A stretch of DNA of 64,000 bases, from NCBI GenBank assembly GCA_029258795.1, contig JAPDKB010000004.1, forward strand, positions 32,001-96,000. The letters run 5' to 3'. Source of the stretch: an archaeon (GTDB lineage: Archaea; EX4484-52; WAPT01). Of the stretch, positions 60,320 to 64,000 are shown in pieces (the first letter of the stretch is position 1; each line of letters opens with the position of its first letter). The position numbers and the translations under genes were made by a program. A model generated the notes under the pieces. The model did no database searches. It was given only the letters and a program-made list of their open reading frames with translations, and was not told the origin of the DNA.

Positions 60320-61420
60320 TCAACCGTCCACCCCATAAAGCGGCTCCACCTGCATGATAAATCTATCTTCCGCAGGAAGCTCCCAGACAAGCTCGACCTT
60401 ATATCCGAACTTGCTTGCCTTCTGCCCCAGCTTATCTGATGTCTCCACTACCCCTCTCTTTTCGTCAATTTCAAACAGCCTGGGCGATGCTCTCAAAACC
60501 TTCTGCAACTCCTCCTTCAACTCTTTCAAGCTCTGTCCTTCTTTTGGATAAACGTAAGCTTTCAGAAGCCATCCTTCCTCACTCACCTTTTCATAGGGCT
60601 TCTTTATGCTCTCGGCTCTTAGCTTCATCCTGTTGCGCAGCTGATAATATTCCTTCACATAGCTCTCGCAGAAATGAGCGCTAAGCTTTGTGGTATATAC
60701 GGCTATGTATTTCATGAGCTTTCTTCCGAGCTCATAGCTTCCAGCTATGGTGTTGAACTCATCGTAGTTCAGCTCGTAACCTCTCGCAAGAATTTCATCC
60801 ACAGTCAGCTCTGAGGCCTCAAACTCGTTGAGGTTGATGAATTTAGCTCCTGCTTCCTCTATGTAGTGCACCATCTCCTTTATGTAATCTTCCTTGTCTG
60901 GAATGCAGGGAATCTCGACGCCCACATCAAAAGCATAGCTTGCAGCTATTCCAACAAGCTCCCAGTTGCGCTTGCTTTCCATATCAAGATGGAATCTCAA
61001 CTCATCAAGTCCAGCATCCTCAAGCTTTCCAAGCACATCCCTGAACTTTTCCTCATTCAGAATTCCGTAAGTATAAAGGTGGATGTGAAAGTCCTTTCCG
61101 AAAGTTTCCTTGAGCAGTTTAATGTAATGCAACGTTCTATCCAACCTCAGTAAGGGATCCCCTCCGGTAACGCCAACACCCTTGGACTGGCAAAGCTCCA
61201 CCTCTCTAATCACATCTTCATCCTTCTTAACCATGACTTCGTTTATCACCACAACATCTTTGTTCTTCTTGTAGGATGAGAGGGGACAATAGAAACAATT
61301 AACTGCACAGATACCTGTAACAAAAAGAACGGATTTGAGCCCCTTTATACAAAGATCACAACCTTTAGGAAGCGTACCTATGTACTTTGAACCAGCAAGA
61401 CTGGACTTGATCTTCCTCAT
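60320..61420 (-). CDS. Radical SAM protein (archaeal COG2108-like)
   Basis: CAVNCFYC, TGGDPL, HIHLYT, LDELRFH. Confidence 0.88.
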   Translation of the reverse strand: MRKIKSSLAGSKYIGTLPKGCDLCIKGLKSVLFVTGICAVNCFYCPLSSYKKNKDVVVINEVMVKKDEDVIREVELCQSKGVGVTGGDPLLRLDRTLHYIKLLKETFGKDFHIHLYTYGILNEEKFRDVLGKLEDAGLDELRFHLDMESKRNWELVGIAASYAFDVGVEIPCIPDKEDYIKEMVHYIEEAGAKFINLNEFEASELTVDEILARGYELNYDEFNTIAGSYELGRKLMKYIAVYTTKLSAHFCESYVKEYYQLRNRMKLRAESIKKPYEKVSEEGWLLKAYVYPKEGQSLKELKEELQKVLRASPRLFEIDEKRGVVETSDKLGQKASKFGYKVELVWELPAEDRFIMQVEPLYGVDG

Positions 61421-61475
61421 GAGAAAGAGCTTTCTACATGATAATTTTTAACCTTATCTCAAAAGAGGAAAAAAT

Positions 61476-61649
61476 CGGGCTCGGACGGTGGGGGACGCGA
61501 ACCTTCTCAACCCTGCGGTCTAGGACCGTGACCTTTGTCCCCCACCCTCCGAATCCGGAAGGCATGGCCTTTTCGGTCAACCTCTGATGCCCTCTTTGGC
61601 ACAGGGTCTCATCCCGAATTATGCCCTGTCCAACCCTGGTGCCATCTAC
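61476..61649 (-). ncRNA. Unknown structured RNA of about 175 nt with three hairpins
   Basis: GC-rich paired island in AT-rich intergenic DNA; TTTAAATA box at 61671-61678; T-tract at the 3' end. Confidence 0.65.
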
Positions 61650-61799
61650 ACACCTTTATGGATTCGCTACTATTTAAACTTTCCTGTGTCTCAATATAGA
61701 TTTTGCAGAATCAACTGATAAAAATTAAAAGATTTTTGATAAAAAATTGATAAAAAATAACCAAAAAATTACAAAAAAATTTGCTGATTTGATGCGATT

Positions 61800-62330
61800 T
61801 TGGAGGGGTGGCTTGTGTTGCATGCCCTCTCAACCAGAGAAAAACAGGTGTTTGCAGAACTGTTGAAAGATGCAAGACAGTCCGATAGAGAGATAGCCAG
61901 AAAGCTAAAGATGTCCCAACCGTCAGTGAGCAGAATAAGGCAGAAGCTTGAAAAGACGGGTCTCATAAAGAGGTATGCTGCTCTACCGGACATAAGCAAG
62001 TGCGGTCTCAATCTCTTTGCAATAACGTTCTTTGAGTGGAAGGATCACACCAAGAAAGAAGAGCTGAACGAGCTTGTGTCGTTTTTGAGTTCACATCCAA
62101 ACGTAATTCTATTCGGGAAAGGAGAGGGGATGAGCGGAAGAACAACGATCATTCTGTCCATCCATTCTGATTACGAATCATTTTTCGAGATGATCCACCA
62201 GATAAGGGAAAGGTGGGACACGCTCATTACAGCCATGGACCACTTTCTCACCACATCAAAATCCGTCAGAAAGGGTGGCGATGTAGCCTCAGCTATAGTT
62301 AAGATGCTTCGTGGCTCCAGCCATCACTGA
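61800..62330 (+). CDS. Lrp/AsnC-type wHTH transcriptional regulator
   Basis: ELLKDARQSDREIARKLKMSQPSVSRIRQKLEKTGLIKRY. Confidence 0.85.
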   Translation: MEGWLVLHALSTREKQVFAELLKDARQSDREIARKLKMSQPSVSRIRQKLEKTGLIKRYAALPDISKCGLNLFAITFFEWKDHTKKEELNELVSFLSSHPNVILFGKGEGMSGRTTIILSIHSDYESFFEMIHQIRERWDTLITAMDHFLTTSKSVRKGGDVASAIVKMLRGSSHH

Positions 62331-62929
62331 CAGAACCTCCTGTTAAACTCTTCTTCCAATTTTTTCAGTTTTTTATCATTTTCCTCCATTCTGACGTTCA
62401 TCACATCCACAACAAACTTTATGTAATCTTCATCCACTTTCAGCCGGTTATCGATTCCGAGCGGTGTTGCGATGTAATCCGTGGCGATTATTTCAACAAA
62501 GGGGAACGGCTCAAGCCTGAATATTCCGCTCCTCTTGAATCCCAGCTCCACACAGAGTTTTATCAGTTCTCCGGCATCTCTAACCGATCTACACCCCACA
62601 TGAAGTATGAATGACTCGCATTTCAGCCAGAGAACAGCACCACCGTACATTCCGCTGGCTGTTGCCATCTTCACTTTCTCCATAACTTCTTCAACTTCAA
62701 CCTTTCTGTGCCATTTTGCAATGAAGACGTGATCTTTCTTCTTTCCTCTCAAAGGAACACACGATAACGATATCCTCCCGCTGCAGGATGAGGTTGTGAA
62801 AAAGCTTGTTGTGGAGTTTATGAGCTCAAGGAGGGGAATTATTCCTTCATCCACCTCTCCCCTCTCCATCGCTCTAGCTAGAGAGTCCAGACTCTTCTTT
62901 TTGTGCTCATCAAAATCCACGCCTTTCAC
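62324..62929 (-). CDS. taw3: tRNA wybutosine-pathway methyltransferase Taw3/TYW3
   Basis: FTTSSCSGRI, KWH, FILHV, GFKRSG. Confidence 0.9.
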   Translation of the reverse strand: MKGVDFDEHKKKSLDSLARAMERGEVDEGIIPLLELINSTTSFFTTSSCSGRISLSCVPLRGKKKDHVFIAKWHRKVEVEEVMEKVKMATASGMYGGAVLWLKCESFILHVGCRSVRDAGELIKLCVELGFKRSGIFRLEPFPFVEIIATDYIATPLGIDNRLKVDEDYIKFVVDVMNVRMEENDKKLKKLEEEFNRRFCQ

Positions 62930-63576
62930 CTCTCAAGAACCATCCTAACATCAGCGGCAACAACCCTGTCCTTCCACACCATGACAGGATTGAGATCCAT
63001 CTCGTGTATGTCCTCCCTCTCAACCATCTTAACAACCTTCATCACGAAGTCCGCAACTTTTCCTTTGTCCGCTTGCGGATAATTCCTGAAGCCATCAAGC
63101 AAAAAGCCGTATTTCAACTCGTTGAACATACTCATAACGTCTTTCCTAGTTAGCGGAAGGACACGCACCGCAACATCCTTTATAACCTCGGTGAACACAC
63201 CACCCAGCCCAAACAAAACCACTTTGCCAAAAACATCATCCGTCTTAACACCAATGATGATCTCAATCCCCCTTTCCATCTTCTCAACAGCCACACCCTC
63301 CAGAATCATTTTTTTCTTTTTGACAATCTTCATCAGGTTTCGAAAAGTAAGTATAACCTCCTCATCACAGTTTATGTGGGTTACCACCCCACCAACATCA
63401 CTTTTGTGAAGCGCATCAGGACTGACAATTTTCATCACAACCGGATATCCTATCTTTCTCGCGGCTTTCACAGCTTCACTCTCATTATTAACAAGCTCAC
63501 CCTCACTTACCTCCACACCATTCCTTGTAAGGATTTCCCTGGCTTTCCAATAGCTCACGTTCATTAATCCCATCAA
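62926..63576 (-). CDS. acdB: ADP-forming acetate/acyl-CoA ligase beta (ATP-grasp) subunit
   Basis: GYPVVMKIVSPDALHKSDVGGV, FGLGGVFTEVIKD, EMDLNPV. Confidence 0.92.
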   Translation of the reverse strand: MMGLMNVSYWKAREILTRNGVEVSEGELVNNESEAVKAARKIGYPVVMKIVSPDALHKSDVGGVVTHINCDEEVILTFRNLMKIVKKKKMILEGVAVEKMERGIEIIIGVKTDDVFGKVVLFGLGGVFTEVIKDVAVRVLPLTRKDVMSMFNELKYGFLLDGFRNYPQADKGKVADFVMKVVKMVEREDIHEMDLNPVMVWKDRVVAADVRMVLER

Positions 63577-63583
63577 CTCACCT

Positions 63584-63802
63584 TCATCTTCTCTTCAACC
63601 TGTAGGTCTTGATAAGTCCTGAATAATTTTTTACTTCCTCAACCACATCAGCAAGATAGTTTTGAATGTAGCGGTGCACCGTGCTTTTTGGAATTCTGGT
63701 CAATCTTGCTATCTCCATCACCCACAACCCCTCAGGATGCTGCCTGAGAACTTCCACAATTTTCTCTATTTTCCTTGGATCAGGACCCGGAGGCCTTGGC
63801 AT
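63584..63802 (-). CDS. Small winged-HTH protein (paralog of 50565-50852)
   Basis: KIVEVLRQHPEGLWVMEIARLTRIPKSTVHRYI. Confidence 0.8.
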   Translation of the reverse strand: MPRPPGPDPRKIEKIVEVLRQHPEGLWVMEIARLTRIPKSTVHRYIQNYLADVVEEVKNYSGLIKTYRLKRR

Positions 63803-63844
63803 GCAACCACCTTAAACCTGCTCAAGAATTAGTGGGAAGAACAT

Positions 63845-64000
63845 CTATTTATTGATTTTCTTTCCCTTCTCCATTTCCTTCATCCTGTAAAATATTTCAA
63901 GAGCTTCCTCTGCCGTTGAAGCCTTCATATCTCCGAACACATGAGGGTGCCTCCTCTCAACCTTATCCGTAATTTCCTTGAGCACATCATGAATCGTGAA
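63845..64000 (-). CDS. mazG: MazG-family nucleotide pyrophosphohydrolase, C-terminal part (runs off window end)
   Basis: Hand translation FTIHDVLKEITDKVERRHPHVFGD...KKINK*; RRHPHVFG is characteristic of MazG. Confidence 0.85.
   Translation of the reverse strand, partial: FTIHDVLKEITDKVERRHPHVFGDMKASTAEEALEIFYRMKEMEKGKKINK

Noticed and set aside
61476-61649. SRP RNA, RNase P RNA, 5S rRNA, TPP riboswitch or hammerhead ribozyme
   Set aside because: Lacks the SRP helix-8 GNRA/AGCA motif, the RNase P GAGGAAAGUCC, 5S architecture, TPP P4/P5 and the CUGAUGA core

Overview
Archaeal chromosomal window, probably from a thermophilic, compact-genome (DPANN-like) lineage. The taxonomy is inferred from gene content, short intergenic gaps and GGAGGTGA-type RBSs, not from a marker search. 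Most genes are housekeeping: RPA, CDC48, RadB, TopA, SerRS, TyrRS, RtcA, a complete A/V-type ATP synthase operon, a KaiC pair, TrkAH, AMP phosphorylase, ApgM, an SF1 helicase, CarS, TruD, NOG1, a DHH nuclease, AcdA/AcdB, Prs, an RbgA-like GTPase, Taw3 and MazG. There are also two very large surface proteins, tRNA-Pro(GGG) with a T-loop intron, and tRNA-Val(TAC). Four unexplained structures stand out. (1) A bipartite array of 11-bp TCGA-centred iterons (8462-8651) directly follows a gene for a protein with a predicted amphipathic helix, a coiled coil and a wHTH domain; it is a candidate non-ORB origin or centromere-tether system. (2) Three dispersed orphan-gene mini-islets (about 34.6-35.5, 54.0-55.05 and 57.2-58.0 kb) end in the same T-tract plus TGGGA-N6-TCCCA palindrome, and each carries a structured RNA element. 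(3) A pilin-signal metalloprotease gene sits between exact 39-bp direct repeats. (4) There are two unannotated ncRNAs: a box C/D guide with covarying non-canonical boxes and an unknown RNA of about 175 nt with three hairpins. All family assignments are from reading motifs; no database searches were run.
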